Source: an uncultured Methylomirabilota bacterium (GTDB taxonomy: Bacteria; Methylomirabilota; Methylomirabilia; Methylomirabilales; 2-02-FULL-66-22). From it: a stretch of 64,000 nt of DNA. Position 1 is the stretch's first letter. Each line of letters opens with the position of its first letter. A program made the position numbers and the translations under genes. The notes below the pieces were generated by a model. The model did not search any database. It was not told the origin of the DNA and worked only from the letters and a program-made list of their open reading frames with translations. The stretch covers positions 1,408,001-1,472,000 of the forward strand of contig CAWJSJ010000002.1 of assembly GCA_963845565.1 (NCBI GenBank), written 5' to 3'. Of the stretch, positions 30,983 to 43,794 are shown in pieces.

Positions 30983-31086
30983 AGTGTCCTTTGGCGCTGT
31001 CGTCGCCTCGGGGTGCGGAATTGACGACTCGTGGACGGCCCGCGTCCGCCGAGGTTCATCCGGGACCCGGCCGCGCGCGACCCATC

Positions 31087-31962
31087 TTACCGCTGACCTT
31101 TCAGGAGCGGGAAACCCATCTCCTCGCGCTGCTTCAGGTGCGCCTCGGCCACCCGGCGAGCCAAGGCGCGCACACGCCCGATGTAGTGGGTGCGCTCGGT
31201 CACGCTGATCGCCCCCCGCGCGTCCAGGATATTGAAGGCATGGGAGCACTTCAAGCAATAGTCGTAGGCCGGAAGGACCAGGCCGCGCTCGATCAACGCG
31301 CGCGACTCCCGCTCGTACTCGTCAAACAAGCGGAGGTGCAAGGCGACGTCCGCCGCCTCGAAATTGTGAACCGACCACTCCACCTCGCTCTGGTGGTGCA
31401 CGTCGCCATAGCTGAGCGTGTCGTTCCATTTGAGGTCGTAGACATTGTCCACCCCCTGCAGGAACATGGCGATGCGCTCGATCCCGTAGGTAATTTCCCC
31501 GGCCACCGGCCGGACCTCGATCCCACCCGCCTGCTGGAAATAGGTGAACTGAGTGATCTCCAGGCCGTCCAACCAGACCTCCCAGCCAAGGCCCCACGCC
31601 CCGAGGGTCGGGGCTTCCCAGTCGTCCTCGACGAAACGGATGTCATGCCGCATGGGGTCGACGCCGAAGCTCTGCAGGCTCTTGAGATACATCTCTTGGA
31701 TATTGGCCGGTGATGGCTTCAGGATCACCTGATACTGATAGTAGTGCTGGAGGCGATTCGGGTTCTCTCCGTACCGACCATCGGCGGGGCGGCGGGAGGG
31801 TTCCACGTACGCGACGTTCCAGGGCTCAGGGCCGAGCACGCGGAGAAACGTCGCCGGGTTCATGGTCCCGGCGCCAAGTTCCACGTCATATGGTTGCAGG
31901 ATCGCGCAGCCGCACTTCGCCCAGTAGCTCTCCAGGGCGAGGACCAGCTCCTGAAAGGTCAT
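31087..31962 (-). CDS. glyQ: Glycine-tRNA ligase alpha subunit
   Basis: [34 protein letters not shown]. Confidence 0.98.
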   Translation of the reverse strand: MTFQELVLALESYWAKCGCAILQPYDVELGAGTMNPATFLRVLGPEPWNVAYVEPSRRPADGRYGENPNRLQHYYQYQVILKPSPANIQEMYLKSLQSFGVDPMRHDIRFVEDDWEAPTLGAWGLGWEVWLDGLEITQFTYFQQAGGIEVRPVAGEITYGIERIAMFLQGVDNVYDLKWNDTLSYGDVHHQSEVEWSVHNFEAADVALHLRLFDEYERESRALIERGLVLPAYDYCLKCSHAFNILDARGAISVTERTHYIGRVRALARRVAEAHLKQREEMGFPLLKGQR

Positions 31963-32081
31963 GAACAACCCTCCAAACCGGTTCTGAGGGAAAACGCAAA
32001 CCAGAAAACTAACAAATCTCGGTGTGAAGTGTCAAGGGAAAATGCCCGCTCAGAGAGCCAAAGGGCCGCATTGATCGGGGG

Positions 32082-32831
32082 TTAGAGACGACCCAGGAAG
32101 TCCGCCGACCGCAGGGGGCGGCCTAACACCTGACGAAGAAAGGCCTGGATGGTCTCCGTGACCTCCCGCAGGGTGGCAGGCGGCAGCGCGATCCGGTCCA
32201 TCAGGCGGAACGTGGATCCGCCCGCTCCGCGCAGGAATCCCAGGGATTCCCCCGACGCCGCGAAGGCGTCGGCGGCGCCGGAGCGGCAGGAGGCGCAGAC
32301 AGCGCCCCCGCTGGCGGGGCTGAGATACGTTTGGGGGCGCGCGGGGAGCGGAATCCGGCAGCGGACGCACTCGGAGAGTTCCGGGCGGTACCCGAGCAGG
32401 CGGAGCAGGTGGAGCAGAAACCCCTGGAGGACCACGGCGGGCCGGTCGGCCGCCTCAAGGTGGTCCAGGGCCTCCGCCAGCAGTTGATAGAGGTCGGGGA
32501 AGGGGTCGCTGTCCTCGACCCCCAGGGCCACCGCCTCGACCGCCACCGAGGCCAGCGCGATCCGGTCGAGATCCTCGCGCAGGAGGTGATGAGGTCGAAC
32601 GCCGGAAAACTCGTTCACCTTGTGCAGGGTCTTGTTGGGACGCTCGAAGTAGACGAGCCGCCCCTGGCAGAAAAGCTGAACGTGGCCGCCGAACCTGCTC
32701 CGGATGCGTCGGACCCCTTCCGCGACGGCGCGGACTTTTCCGGACGTCTTGGTGTAGAAGACCACGATCCGATCGGCCTCTGCTAGGTCGTGACCCCCGA
32801 TGATGATGGCTTCCGTGGTGTGTAGGGGCAT
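32082..32831 (-). CDS. recO: DNA repair protein RecO
   Basis: EADRIV...GKVRAVAEG...SRFGG; CxxC...CxxC zinc finger; position between era and glyQ. Confidence 0.93.
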   Translation of the reverse strand: MPLHTTEAIIIGGHDLAEADRIVVFYTKTSGKVRAVAEGVRRIRSRFGGHVQLFCQGRLVYFERPNKTLHKVNEFSGVRPHHLLREDLDRIALASVAVEAVALGVEDSDPFPDLYQLLAEALDHLEAADRPAVVLQGFLLHLLRLLGYRPELSECVRCRIPLPARPQTYLSPASGGAVCASCRSGAADAFAASGESLGFLRGAGGSTFRLMDRIALPPATLREVTETIQAFLRQVLGRPLRSADFLGRL

Positions 32832-32836
32832 GTTCC

Positions 32837-32900
32837 AATGCGGAATGCGGAATGGGGAATGCGAGATTCATTCCGAATTCCGCACCCCGAATTCCACAAT
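32837..32900. repeat. Heptamer tandem repeats in inverted arrangement
   Basis: (aatgcgg)n followed by (attccgc)n-like units between era and recO. Confidence 0.75.
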
Positions 32901-32906
32901 CGGTCG

Positions 32907-33827
32907 TCAGGGTTCAAGGTAGCCCAGGCGGCGCAGCGCACTCGGGTCCTTCCGCCAGGCCTCGTCCACTTTCACGTGGAGCTTCAGGAAGACCTGTGTG
33001 CCCAGCAGTTCCTCGATGGCGGGGCGGGCCGCCACGCCAATGCGCTTCAGCATCGTCCCGCCGGTGCCGATGATAATGGCCTTCTGAGAATCCTTTTCGA
33101 CGTAGATGGTGGCCTCGACATCGGTGAGATCCCTTCCTTCCCGCGCCCGCACGGCCTCAACCTCCACCGCAACGGCGTAGGGGAGTTCCTGCCGCAGCAG
33201 GCGGAAGACCTGGCCGCGCACCGTCTCGGCGATGAAGAACCGTTCCGGGCGGTCGCTGAGATCCTCGTCGGGGTAGAAAGGCCGTCCGAAGGGCAAGAAG
33301 GACGGCAGGAGTTGCTCCAGCCGGCCCACGTTGTCACCCTTGAGTGCGGAGATGGGGACGATCTCGGCGAAGCCGTATACCGACTGCCAGCGGGCGATGA
33401 GCGGCAAGAGCAGCGGCTTGGAGATGCGATCCACCTTGTTCGGGACCAACAGGACGGGCGTGTTCGGTTTCTGCTGCCGGATGGTTTCCAGGATGAGCGC
33501 ATCGTCCGGGTGTTCGGCCTCCGTCGCGTCGATCACCCACACGATGACGTCCGCGTCCGCCAGGGCTCGCTCGGCGGCGCGGAACAGGTTCTGGTTGAAC
33601 AAGGCGTTGGACTGGTGGATCCCAGGGGTGTCGAGGAAGAGTATCTGTGCCCCGGGAAGGTTCTTGATGCCGAGGATCCGGTGCCAGGTGGTCTGCGGAC
33701 GCGGGGAGACGATGCAAAGGTCCTGCCCCACGAGGCGGTTGATGAGGGTCGACTTCCCTACATTGGGCCGCCCAACGATGGCCACGTAGCCGGAGCGGAA
33801 CGGCGTCTCACTGTTGGTCGTTGGCAA
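32907..33827 (-). CDS. era: GTPase Era
   Basis: GRPNVGKST, DTPG, NKVD, QELPY, KH domain IIGTGG. Confidence 0.96.
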   Translation of the reverse strand: MPTTNSETPFRSGYVAIVGRPNVGKSTLINRLVGQDLCIVSPRPQTTWHRILGIKNLPGAQILFLDTPGIHQSNALFNQNLFRAAERALADADVIVWVIDATEAEHPDDALILETIRQQKPNTPVLLVPNKVDRISKPLLLPLIARWQSVYGFAEIVPISALKGDNVGRLEQLLPSFLPFGRPFYPDEDLSDRPERFFIAETVRGQVFRLLRQELPYAVAVEVEAVRAREGRDLTDVEATIYVEKDSQKAIIIGTGGTMLKRIGVAARPAIEELLGTQVFLKLHVKVDEAWRKDPSALRRLGYLEP

Positions 33828-33969
33828 TTGGTCAACTCGTCAATTCGTCATTCGGTCAATGGGTCGAGTGGCCAGGTCGTCAAGTAGTCGAAAGATCATG
33901 AGTTGTGAGAGTCGATGGTGCTCGGTAACACAATCCACCAATCGACTAATCAACCGATCGACTGCTCGA

Positions 33970-34866
33970 CTACTCCGGCGCGATCCGGAGGAGCTCCTCC
34001 GGATCGATGCGCGCGCCGAACAGCCGGGCACCCCAGTGGAGATGGGGCCCGGTGGCGCGCCCGGTGCTGCCCACGCGGCCGAGCATCTCTCCGGTACCCA
34101 CGCGCTGGCCCGGACGCACCACGCTCTCCTGCAGGTGAAAGTACATGGTGTACAGCCCCTCGCCGTGATCCAGGACCAGCGAATTCCCCGCGAAGAAATG
34201 CTCCTCCGCCAGAACCACCATGCCAGCGTTGACCGCCAGCACCGGAGCCCCCGCGGGGGCGGAGAAGTCCGCGCCGGTGTGCGGCGCGCGCGGCTCGCCA
34301 TTGATGATGCGCTTCAGGCCGAAGCCGGCGGCGCGTGGCGATCCGTCCAGGGGCAACCGGAACGGGCCGCGCCAGAGACGCGGCGCCGTCGCCGTCTCCC
34401 ACAGCCTATCCAGCGTCGCTTTCTCCTTGGCCACGCGCTCCAGCGTGGCCGCGTCCAGTTCCGTGAACGATCGGGGAACGGTCAGACGCTGAACCGGGTA
34501 CCCACCGCCGACCACGAGCAGACGAACCCTGGCGGTCGCCGGTCGGCCGGCGACGCCGACTCCCTCGGCGACGATCTCCCTCGGTCCCGGCGCCTCCTCC
34601 AGATCCACTCCGATCCAGAGGACTCGGGGTGCGTCCACCGCGGTCGGGACGGACACCATCTCGCGATCCCCCACGCGGACTCGCACCGGCTCCCCCGGCG
34701 CCGTTCCACGGATGCGCAGGACCGCGACCCCGCCTTGCTTCAGCTGACTCGGCGCGAGCTGCAGACCGAACGACGCGTCCCCGGCGCCGGCGGGGTGCGG
34801 GAGAAGGAGCCGGACAACCGCGGCGATCGCGGCGAACTGCCAACCGGAGGAGCGCATCCCGTTCAT
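33970..34866 (-). CDS. M23 family metallopeptidase (start approximate)
   Basis: HTGAD, YFHL, STGRATGPHLHW. Confidence 0.9.
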   Translation of the reverse strand: MNGMRSSGWQFAAIAAVVRLLLPHPAGAGDASFGLQLAPSQLKQGGVAVLRIRGTAPGEPVRVRVGDREMVSVPTAVDAPRVLWIGVDLEEAPGPREIVAEGVGVAGRPATARVRLLVVGGGYPVQRLTVPRSFTELDAATLERVAKEKATLDRLWETATAPRLWRGPFRLPLDGSPRAAGFGLKRIINGEPRAPHTGADFSAPAGAPVLAVNAGMVVLAEEHFFAGNSLVLDHGEGLYTMYFHLQESVVRPGQRVGTGEMLGRVGSTGRATGPHLHWGARLFGARIDPEELLRIAPE

Positions 34867-35330
34867 GCGTCGGCCGGTCGGCTTGCCCAACCGCCGGGCA
34901 CCGGGATCCCGCATGTCGCTAGGATGGCCTCCTGTTGCTGCCACATTCGCCGGCGCTCGCGAGCCGTCCCGTGGTCGTACCCGACGAGGTGGAGGATCCC
35001 GTGGACGAGGAGCAGGGCGAGCTCCGTCCGGACATCACCCCAGCGCGCTTGTCGAGCGGCGGTTTCCGCCGAGATGACGACGTCGCCCAAACAGTCCGGG
35101 GTGAGCTCGGCGAAAGCGCCCTCGGTCATGGGAAACGCCAGGACGTCGGTGGGTCCGGCGACCCTGCGATAGGCACGGTTCAAGGTTGCGATCGCGGCGT
35201 CATCCACCACCACCACGCTACAATCCGCCGTCGGGCGCCCCAGCGCGTCCAGAGTCTTTTGCGCCACCCTTCTTAGCCGGGCCGTTTCGACGGGAACCTT
35301 CTGTTGCCGGTTTCTGAGACTGATCGCCAT
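34863..35330 (-). CDS. ybeY: rRNA maturation endoribonuclease YbeY
   Basis: PTDVLAF, LGDVVIS, HGILHLVGYDH. Confidence 0.96.
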   Translation of the reverse strand: MAISLRNRQQKVPVETARLRRVAQKTLDALGRPTADCSVVVVDDAAIATLNRAYRRVAGPTDVLAFPMTEGAFAELTPDCLGDVVISAETAARQARWGDVRTELALLLVHGILHLVGYDHGTARERRRMWQQQEAILATCGIPVPGGWASRPADA

Positions 35331-36876
35331 TTTCGCTTCGCTTCTTGGCGGCTTCCTCCGGACCCCCGTCCGGATATTCGATCCGGTGATGGAAAAAGCC
35401 GGTCAGGATCCGGACGAAACTGTTGGCGATGAGATGCAGGTCGCGGAGCGTGAGATCGCATTCGTCCAGTTGCGCGTCCACGAAGATCGCGTTGATGATC
35501 TTCTGCACCGCCCCCCGGAGGCGAGCCGGCGTCGGGTCCGCGAGCGTGTGCGTGGCGGCCTGCACCGCGTCCGCCAGCATCAGGATGGCGGCCTCCCGGG
35601 TCTGAGGTTTCGGTCCCAAATATCGATAATCTTCCTCGTTTATCGCTTGGAGTCCCGGGTCCGCGGCCTCCTTGGCGCGCTGATAGAAGAAGCTCACCAG
35701 GCGCGTGCCGTGGTGCTGAGGGATCATATCCACCAGGACGTCGGGCAGACCGTACTCCCGCGCCATCTCGATCCCCTCTTTGACATGGGACATCACGATG
35801 GCGCGACTCAGGCTGGGGGCCAGCTTCTGGTGCCGGTCGCTGGCGTCCGGGGAGTTTTCGATGAAATAGGTCGGGTGCCGGGTCTTCCCGATGTCATGGT
35901 AATAGGCCCCCACGCGGCAGAGGAGGGCGTTGGCCCCGACCGCCTCGGCGGCAGCCTCGGCGAGGGTGCCGACCATGGTGCTGTGGTGGTATGTTCCGGG
36001 GGCAGTCAGGATCAGATGCTTGAGCATTGGGGCGTTGACGTTCGACAACTCCAGCAGGGTGAAGGCCGTCGTCCGGCCGAAGGGCTGCTCCAGGAGCGGC
36101 AGCAGCCCGGTGGCAACCACGGCGACGATCAGGCCGTTCGCGAAACCCCCGACGATGTCGGCGACGAGCGTCCCCGTGGCGCCCTCCACCAGGGCAAAGG
36201 CAACCAAGGTATAGGCGTTGGCGAGCCCGATCGCTCCTCCGGCGCGGAAGAAGGCAGTGCGTTCGTGCCGGTGCACCAGGACGAAGATCCCGACGAGACT
36301 GCCGACGAACGCCAGCATGAAATATTGGAGCGGCGCGCCCAGCATCAGGCCGGCCAGGATGGTGAGGCTCAGCGATCCGGCGAACGCCAGGCGGGCGTTG
36401 AACAGCACGGTGAGGAGGACGCCGCCCAGGGGCACGGGGAGGGCCGCCCGCAGCGCGGAGAAGGGAAGGTGCGGGAACGTCTGGCTCAACGAGGCGGCCA
36501 TCACCAGGCCGAGACGGACGAGAACCAAGACCACCAACAGGATCGTCCCCAGGAGGAGCAGGCTGCGGGAGCGGGCGACCTCCTTGGGCTGCAAGCCGCG
36601 TACATACGCGTAGAGCGCCGCCAGGAGGAACGCCACCAGGAGGAAGATCCCCACGACCGACCAGATCCCCAACGGCAGGGTAAGATTGGAGGTCAGGATT
36701 TCGACCGTGACCAACAGGAATAGTACCGTGGCCGCCGGGAGGAACCAGCGCTGCTGTTCCAGGCGGAAAACGGCACGGCGCAACGGCGCCAGGAGTCGCG
36801 AACCCTTGGGGGCAGGCGGCACCGCACGGTCGGGGAATTCAGGCCGGAGGATCTTGTCGGAGAAACGAATGTCCAC
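35218..36876 (-). CDS. Membrane HD-domain phosphohydrolase (7TM-HD, PgpH/YqfF-like); start approximate
   Basis: APGTYHHS, YYHDIGK, HHGT, LMLAD; multiple TM segments; located between phoH and ybeY. Confidence 0.9.
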   Translation of the reverse strand: MDIRFSDKILRPEFPDRAVPPAPKGSRLLAPLRRAVFRLEQQRWFLPAATVLFLLVTVEILTSNLTLPLGIWSVVGIFLLVAFLLAALYAYVRGLQPKEVARSRSLLLLGTILLVVLVLVRLGLVMAASLSQTFPHLPFSALRAALPVPLGGVLLTVLFNARLAFAGSLSLTILAGLMLGAPLQYFMLAFVGSLVGIFVLVHRHERTAFFRAGGAIGLANAYTLVAFALVEGATGTLVADIVGGFANGLIVAVVATGLLPLLEQPFGRTTAFTLLELSNVNAPMLKHLILTAPGTYHHSTMVGTLAEAAAEAVGANALLCRVGAYYHDIGKTRHPTYFIENSPDASDRHQKLAPSLSRAIVMSHVKEGIEMAREYGLPDVLVDMIPQHHGTRLVSFFYQRAKEAADPGLQAINEEDYRYLGPKPQTREAAILMLADAVQAATHTLADPTPARLRGAVQKIINAIFVDAQLDECDLTLRDLHLIANSFVRILTGFFHHRIEYPDGGPEEAAKKRSENGDQSQKPATEGSRRNGPAKKGGAKDSGRAGAPDGGL

Positions 36877-36880
36877 GCGG

Positions 36881-37870
36881 CTACGCCCCTGGCTCTGCGG
36901 GGGGCCCCTGATAGGCCTCGTACGCCCGGACGATGCGCTGCACCAGTTCGTGGCGGACGACGTCCTCTTCGCTGAAATGGATGAGACGAATCCCCGGGAC
37001 ATCCTTGAGCACGGCGCGGACCTCGATGAGGCCGGACACCCGGCCGGCGGGCAGGTCCACCTGCGTAATATCGCCGGTGATGACCGCCCGGGAGCCGAAC
37101 CCCAGTCGGGTGAGAAACATCTTCATCTGCTCCGACGTGGTGTTCTGGGCCTCGTCCAGGATGATAAACGACTCGTTCAGCGTTCGGCCCCGCATGAACG
37201 CCAGCGGGGCGATCTCGATGGTTCCTTGCTCCATCAGGCGCGCCGCGCGCTCGGCCTCCAACATGTCGTAGAGGGCGTCATACAGCGGTCGGAGGTAGGG
37301 GTTGATCTTCTCGGCCAGCGTACCCGGAAGATATCCCAGTTTTTCCCCGGCCTCGACCGCCGGCCGAGCCAGGATGATCCGGGATACCTGCTTGTGCAGC
37401 AGCGCGGAGACGGCCATGGCCATGGCGAGGTAGGTCTTGCCGGTCCCCGCCGGTCCGATGCCGAAGACAATATCGTTCTTCCGAATCGCCTGGACGTATC
37501 GGACCTGTCCGGGGCTCTTGGGGCGGACGGGCCGCTTTTTGGGAGAGACCTCGATGGTTTCGGCCTGGACCTCGCGGAAGGTATCCGCTGTCTTCTCGCT
37601 GAAATGGCGGACGGCCAGCCGGACCTCCTGGCTGCCGACCGGGCGGCCCTGGCGAACCAGTCCCACCAGTTCATTCACGACCTGCTGGGCGAGAGCCACG
37701 TTCTCGTCGTTTCCCGAGATCGTCAGCATCCCGTCCCGCACGACGAATCGAACGCGCAGGGCGTCCTCGAGAAGCCGGGCATGCTCGTCGCCCCGGCCGA
37801 AAAGTCCCTGCATCTCCGGCCCGGCGGCTAGGGCCAAGCGCTTCGCCTCGATCTGCTGTGTGTCTGCCAT
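36881..37870 (-). CDS. phoH: PhoH-family ATPase
   Basis: GPAGTGKT, RPAVEAGE, MRGRTL, DEAQN, GDITQVDLP. Confidence 0.95.
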   Translation of the reverse strand: MADTQQIEAKRLALAAGPEMQGLFGRGDEHARLLEDALRVRFVVRDGMLTISGNDENVALAQQVVNELVGLVRQGRPVGSQEVRLAVRHFSEKTADTFREVQAETIEVSPKKRPVRPKSPGQVRYVQAIRKNDIVFGIGPAGTGKTYLAMAMAVSALLHKQVSRIILARPAVEAGEKLGYLPGTLAEKINPYLRPLYDALYDMLEAERAARLMEQGTIEIAPLAFMRGRTLNESFIILDEAQNTTSEQMKMFLTRLGFGSRAVITGDITQVDLPAGRVSGLIEVRAVLKDVPGIRLIHFSEEDVVRHELVQRIVRAYEAYQGPPAEPGA

Positions 37871-38055
37871 GTACGAGCGGAGATCCCCTCCCGTGCGTGC
37901 GGATGCCGACCGCAACGGTAGGATAGGGCGGCCCCCCAGGGCTGTCAAATGGAATTGGACGGAGGGTCCGGAGGGCGGAGCGGGAGGGCGAGAGCGCCAC
38001 CCTTCCGTAACTCCAAACAAATGGGGTGCGGCGGCCAGGCCGCGGCGGTGAAACC

Positions 38056-38084
38056 TTGACACGGCCGCCCGCTATTGTTAGCAT
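38056..38084 (+). promoter_or_regulatory. Sigma70-like promoter of hppA
   Basis: TTGACA-17 bp-TAGCAT with an extended -10 TG. Confidence 0.6.
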
Positions 38085-38253
38085 CCGCCCTCGCCCGGGG
38101 CCGAGGCCGCACCTGGCGTCCCCCCTTTCGGCAAACCGAACGGTCAGCCGATCGAGTCCCACGGCTCCCTTGGTTGTCTGGTGTCGCATACGCTCTAAGT
38201 CAGAGGCCACGTCGGCTCTTTTTCCGTAACTCTTGCGTCAAGGAGAGGGTCTC

Positions 38254-40713
<2,460 letters not shown>

Positions 40714-40747
40714 GCGCCAAGACGACCCGGCACGATCCGCAACACTC

Positions 40748-40787
40748 ACTCCCACCGGAGGGCGACCTCCGGTGGGAGTTTTCATTT
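40748..40787 (+). terminator. Intrinsic terminator after hppA
   Basis: actcccaccggagg/cctccggtgggagt hairpin followed by tttcattt. Confidence 0.8.
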
Positions 40788-40843
40788 GACCGGCCTGCGG
40801 TTCACCGCCTACGATTCGCGCGACGGAAGGGGGCGAGCCGGGG

Positions 40844-41794
40844 ATGGCCTTCAAGGGTTGGAGCAAGGTCTCGATCCGAACGGAGAATGGCCGCAGCGTC
40901 GAGGCCGTCGCGCCGGTGATCGTGTCGGCCAGTCGGCGGACCGACATCCCCGCTTTTCACGTGGAATGGTTCGTCCGGCGCCTGCAGGCTGGGTATACGA
41001 AGTGGACGAACCCGTTCAACGGAACACCGCAGTTCATTTCTTTTGCCAGGACCCGCGCGATCGTGTTCTGGAGCAAGGACCCGCGGCCGTTGCTGCCGCA
41101 CCTGGCCGAGCTGGATCGGCGCGGGATCGGCTACTACTTCCAGTTCACGCTCAACGACTTTGAGGTTGAGGGGTTGGAGCCAGGTGTGCCGCCGGTGGCG
41201 GAGCGAATCGCCACTTTCCGGGAGCTGTCGCAGGCCATCGGCAAGGAAAGAGTCGTGTGGCGGTATGATCCGCTACTTCTGGCGGATGGGCTGGATGTGG
41301 ACCGATTGGTCGAGCGCGTGGTGCGGGTCGGGGAGTGCGTCCAATCGTTCTCCGAGAAACTCGTCATCGCCTTCGCGGATATCGAGCGGTACGCCAAGGT
41401 TCGCACCCGGCTGCGGCGATCGGGAAAGGGCTGTCGGGAGCTGACGTGGGGCGAGATGCGCGAACTCGCCGAGAAGCTGGTCGTTGCGGCACGGCCATGG
41501 GGACTCGCCATCGCGACCTGCGCGGAAGCGATCGACCTGACGGACCTTGGAATAGGCCGGAGCAAGTGCATCGACGACAAGCTGCTGGCGCGCGTTTTCG
41601 GTCACGACGCAGAGTTGATGCGTTTTCTGGGGCCGGATGACGTGCGGGATGGTCTCAAAGACAAAGGCCAGCGGAAGGAGTGTGGCTGCATCGTCAGCAA
41701 AGACATCGGGAGTTACGATACCTGCTCCCACGGCTGCCGTTACTGCTATGCCATTTCGTCGGATCGGGCGATCGCGAGCAGCCGCGCCCGCTAA
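40844..41794 (+). CDS. DUF1848 family protein
   Basis: IVSASRRTDIPAF, VFWSK, WRYDP, SKDIGSYDTCSHGCRYCYA. Confidence 0.9.
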   Translation: MAFKGWSKVSIRTENGRSVEAVAPVIVSASRRTDIPAFHVEWFVRRLQAGYTKWTNPFNGTPQFISFARTRAIVFWSKDPRPLLPHLAELDRRGIGYYFQFTLNDFEVEGLEPGVPPVAERIATFRELSQAIGKERVVWRYDPLLLADGLDVDRLVERVVRVGECVQSFSEKLVIAFADIERYAKVRTRLRRSGKGCRELTWGEMRELAEKLVVAARPWGLAIATCAEAIDLTDLGIGRSKCIDDKLLARVFGHDAELMRFLGPDDVRDGLKDKGQRKECGCIVSKDIGSYDTCSHGCRYCYAISSDRAIASSRAR

Positions 41795-41866
41795 CGTCGG
41801 TTTCCCCTCTTTCCCCCCGTTGCGGACCCGTGATCCCTCCTGTGTTCTGAAGAGGGTCGAGGTTAT

Positions 41867-41983
41867 CTCCAGGACGCGGGCCAGCGGAAAGCGTGCGGCA
41901 GCATCGTCGGCAAGGATACCGGCGGGTACGACCTCTGCCCGCATCCCTGCCGCTTCGGCGCCGCCACCTCTCGGTCGCGGTGA
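41867..41983 (+). pseudogene. Degenerate second copy of the DUF1848 C-terminus
   Basis: LQDAGQRKACGSIVGKDTGGYDLCPHPCRF aligns with LKDKGQRKECGCIVSKDIGSYDTCSHGCRY. Confidence 0.75.
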
Positions 41984-41985
41984 AT

Positions 41986-42819
41986 TCAGGCCTTGACGGC
42001 GCCCGAGGTCAGGCCGGCGATCAGGTATTTCTGGGCGACAAAGACGAAGATGATGCCGGGAAGCGCGGCCACCAGGGCGCCGGCGCACATCTGGTTCCAG
42101 TGGACGAAGACGTCGCCGATGGCGTCGAAGGAACCCACCGTGACGGGCTGCGCCTTCGGGGTGGAGGTGAACACGAAGGCGTAGATGAACTCGTTCCAGG
42201 TCCACAGGAAGGTGATGATCCCGGCCGAGGCGATCCCCGGCGCGCCCACGGGCAGGACGATCCGGAACAGGGCACCCGTCCGGCTGCAGCCGTCCACGAT
42301 CGCCGACTCGATGATCTCCCGGGGGAAGTTGTCGAAGAACGCCTTCATAATCAGGACGGCGAACGGATAGGTGAGGTAGATGTTCGCGATGATCATGCTG
42401 AGGACCGTATCCACCAGGCCAAGGTAGCTGACGACCAGGTAGAACGGCAGCAGGAGCGAGAGCGGGGGGATGATGCGGGTCGCGAGCAGGAAAAGGAGCA
42501 TGAGTTTCCCGCCCCGGAACGGGTAGAGGCTGATGCCGTAGGCCGCCATCATGCTGATGACCGTCACGATGAGGGTCGTCGAGACGGTGACGATCAGCGA
42601 GTTGGCGACGTAGTCCATGAAGGGGTAGGATTCGAACAGGAGCCGAAACGGCTCGAAGGTGGGGTTGGATGGGAAATAGACCGGGGGAAAGACGTAGGTT
42701 TCCGTGTCGGGCTTGAACGCCGTGACCACCGTCCAGTAGATCGGCATCATCATCAGGGAGAGGACGAAGATGGCCACGCTGTACGACAAGGCCTTGCTTT
42801 CGAGGATGCGGTCTCGCAT
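41986..42819 (-). CDS. Carbohydrate ABC transporter permease
   Basis: EAA loop EIIESAIVDGCS, WTWNEF. Confidence 0.93.
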   Translation of the reverse strand: MRDRILESKALSYSVAIFVLSLMMMPIYWTVVTAFKPDTETYVFPPVYFPSNPTFEPFRLLFESYPFMDYVANSLIVTVSTTLIVTVISMMAAYGISLYPFRGGKLMLLFLLATRIIPPLSLLLPFYLVVSYLGLVDTVLSMIIANIYLTYPFAVLIMKAFFDNFPREIIESAIVDGCSRTGALFRIVLPVGAPGIASAGIITFLWTWNEFIYAFVFTSTPKAQPVTVGSFDAIGDVFVHWNQMCAGALVAALPGIIFVFVAQKYLIAGLTSGAVKA

Positions 42820-42825
42820 GGCTGC

Positions 42826-43719
42826 CTACTTTTCTCGGAGCAGGTAGACGAATACCACCGTGATGAGTGAGGTGATGAGGAACAGGACGACCCCGGCCGC
42901 GGCGCCGAGGCCGAAGTTGAGCGACTTGGTGATCTGGTCCCAGATGTAATAGCCGAGCACGTAGGTCGCGCGACCCGGCCCGCCCGCGGTCAGCGGGATG
43001 ATCAGGTCGATGGTCCGGAACGAGAAGATCGTGGTGATCATCAGGCCGATCAAGAGCGGTCCCCGGATCATGGGCAGGGTGACGTAGAGAAAGCGCTTCA
43101 CCGTGTCGGCGCCGTCCACGCGGGCGGCCTCGTGGATCTGATCGGGGATGCTGAGGATCGCCGCCAGCAGGATGATCCCCATGAACGGGATGCGGGTCCA
43201 GCTATCCACGATGATCACACCCCACATGGCCAGCGAGGGGTCGCTGTAAATACTGAGCGGCTTGGCGATGAGACGCGCCTTCATCAAGAGGTCACTGAGC
43301 ACCCCGAAATCTGGGCTGAACATCCACTTCCAAATCAGGCCGGAGACCACCGCCGGCACCGCCCACGGGATGATCATCAGGGAGCGGAGGAGTCCCCCGC
43401 CCTTCCTCACATTGCTCAGACACATGGCCAGGACCAGACCGCCCAGCGCGGTCAGCGCGGTGGAGCCGAGGCTGAACACCAGGACACGCTCCACGCTGAC
43501 GGCGAAGACGCGCGAGTTCCAGAGCCGCTGGTAGTTTCCGAAGCCGACGAAGCTCACCGGGTTGACGTTGTCGAAGCGGAGAAAGCTCACCGCAAAGAGG
43601 AGCAGCGCGGGGAACACCACCCACAAGAGGACGATCAAGAGGCCCGGAATGTTGAGGAGAAGGCCGTAGCGCGGATTGGTGAGCCGAAACCGCCCGGCGC
43701 TTCCGGTGCTGGCGTTCAT
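42826..43719 (-). CDS. Carbohydrate ABC transporter permease
   Basis: IPWAVP, HEAARVDGA, TAGGPG. Confidence 0.93.
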   Translation of the reverse strand: MNASTGSAGRFRLTNPRYGLLLNIPGLLIVLLWVVFPALLLFAVSFLRFDNVNPVSFVGFGNYQRLWNSRVFAVSVERVLVFSLGSTALTALGGLVLAMCLSNVRKGGGLLRSLMIIPWAVPAVVSGLIWKWMFSPDFGVLSDLLMKARLIAKPLSIYSDPSLAMWGVIIVDSWTRIPFMGIILLAAILSIPDQIHEAARVDGADTVKRFLYVTLPMIRGPLLIGLMITTIFSFRTIDLIIPLTAGGPGRATYVLGYYIWDQITKSLNFGLGAAAGVVLFLITSLITVVFVYLLREK

Positions 43720-43739
43720 GGTTACCCCTGGTTGGGACG

Positions 43740-43785
43740 AAACGATCCCCCCTCCCGCCGCGGCGGGAGGGGGGATCGGGTTTCC
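43740..43785. terminator. Strong intercistronic hairpin after the solute-binding gene
   Basis: cgatcccccctcccgcc/ggcgggaggggggatcg inverted repeat. Confidence 0.6.
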
Positions 43786-43794
43786 GGTCGGTGG

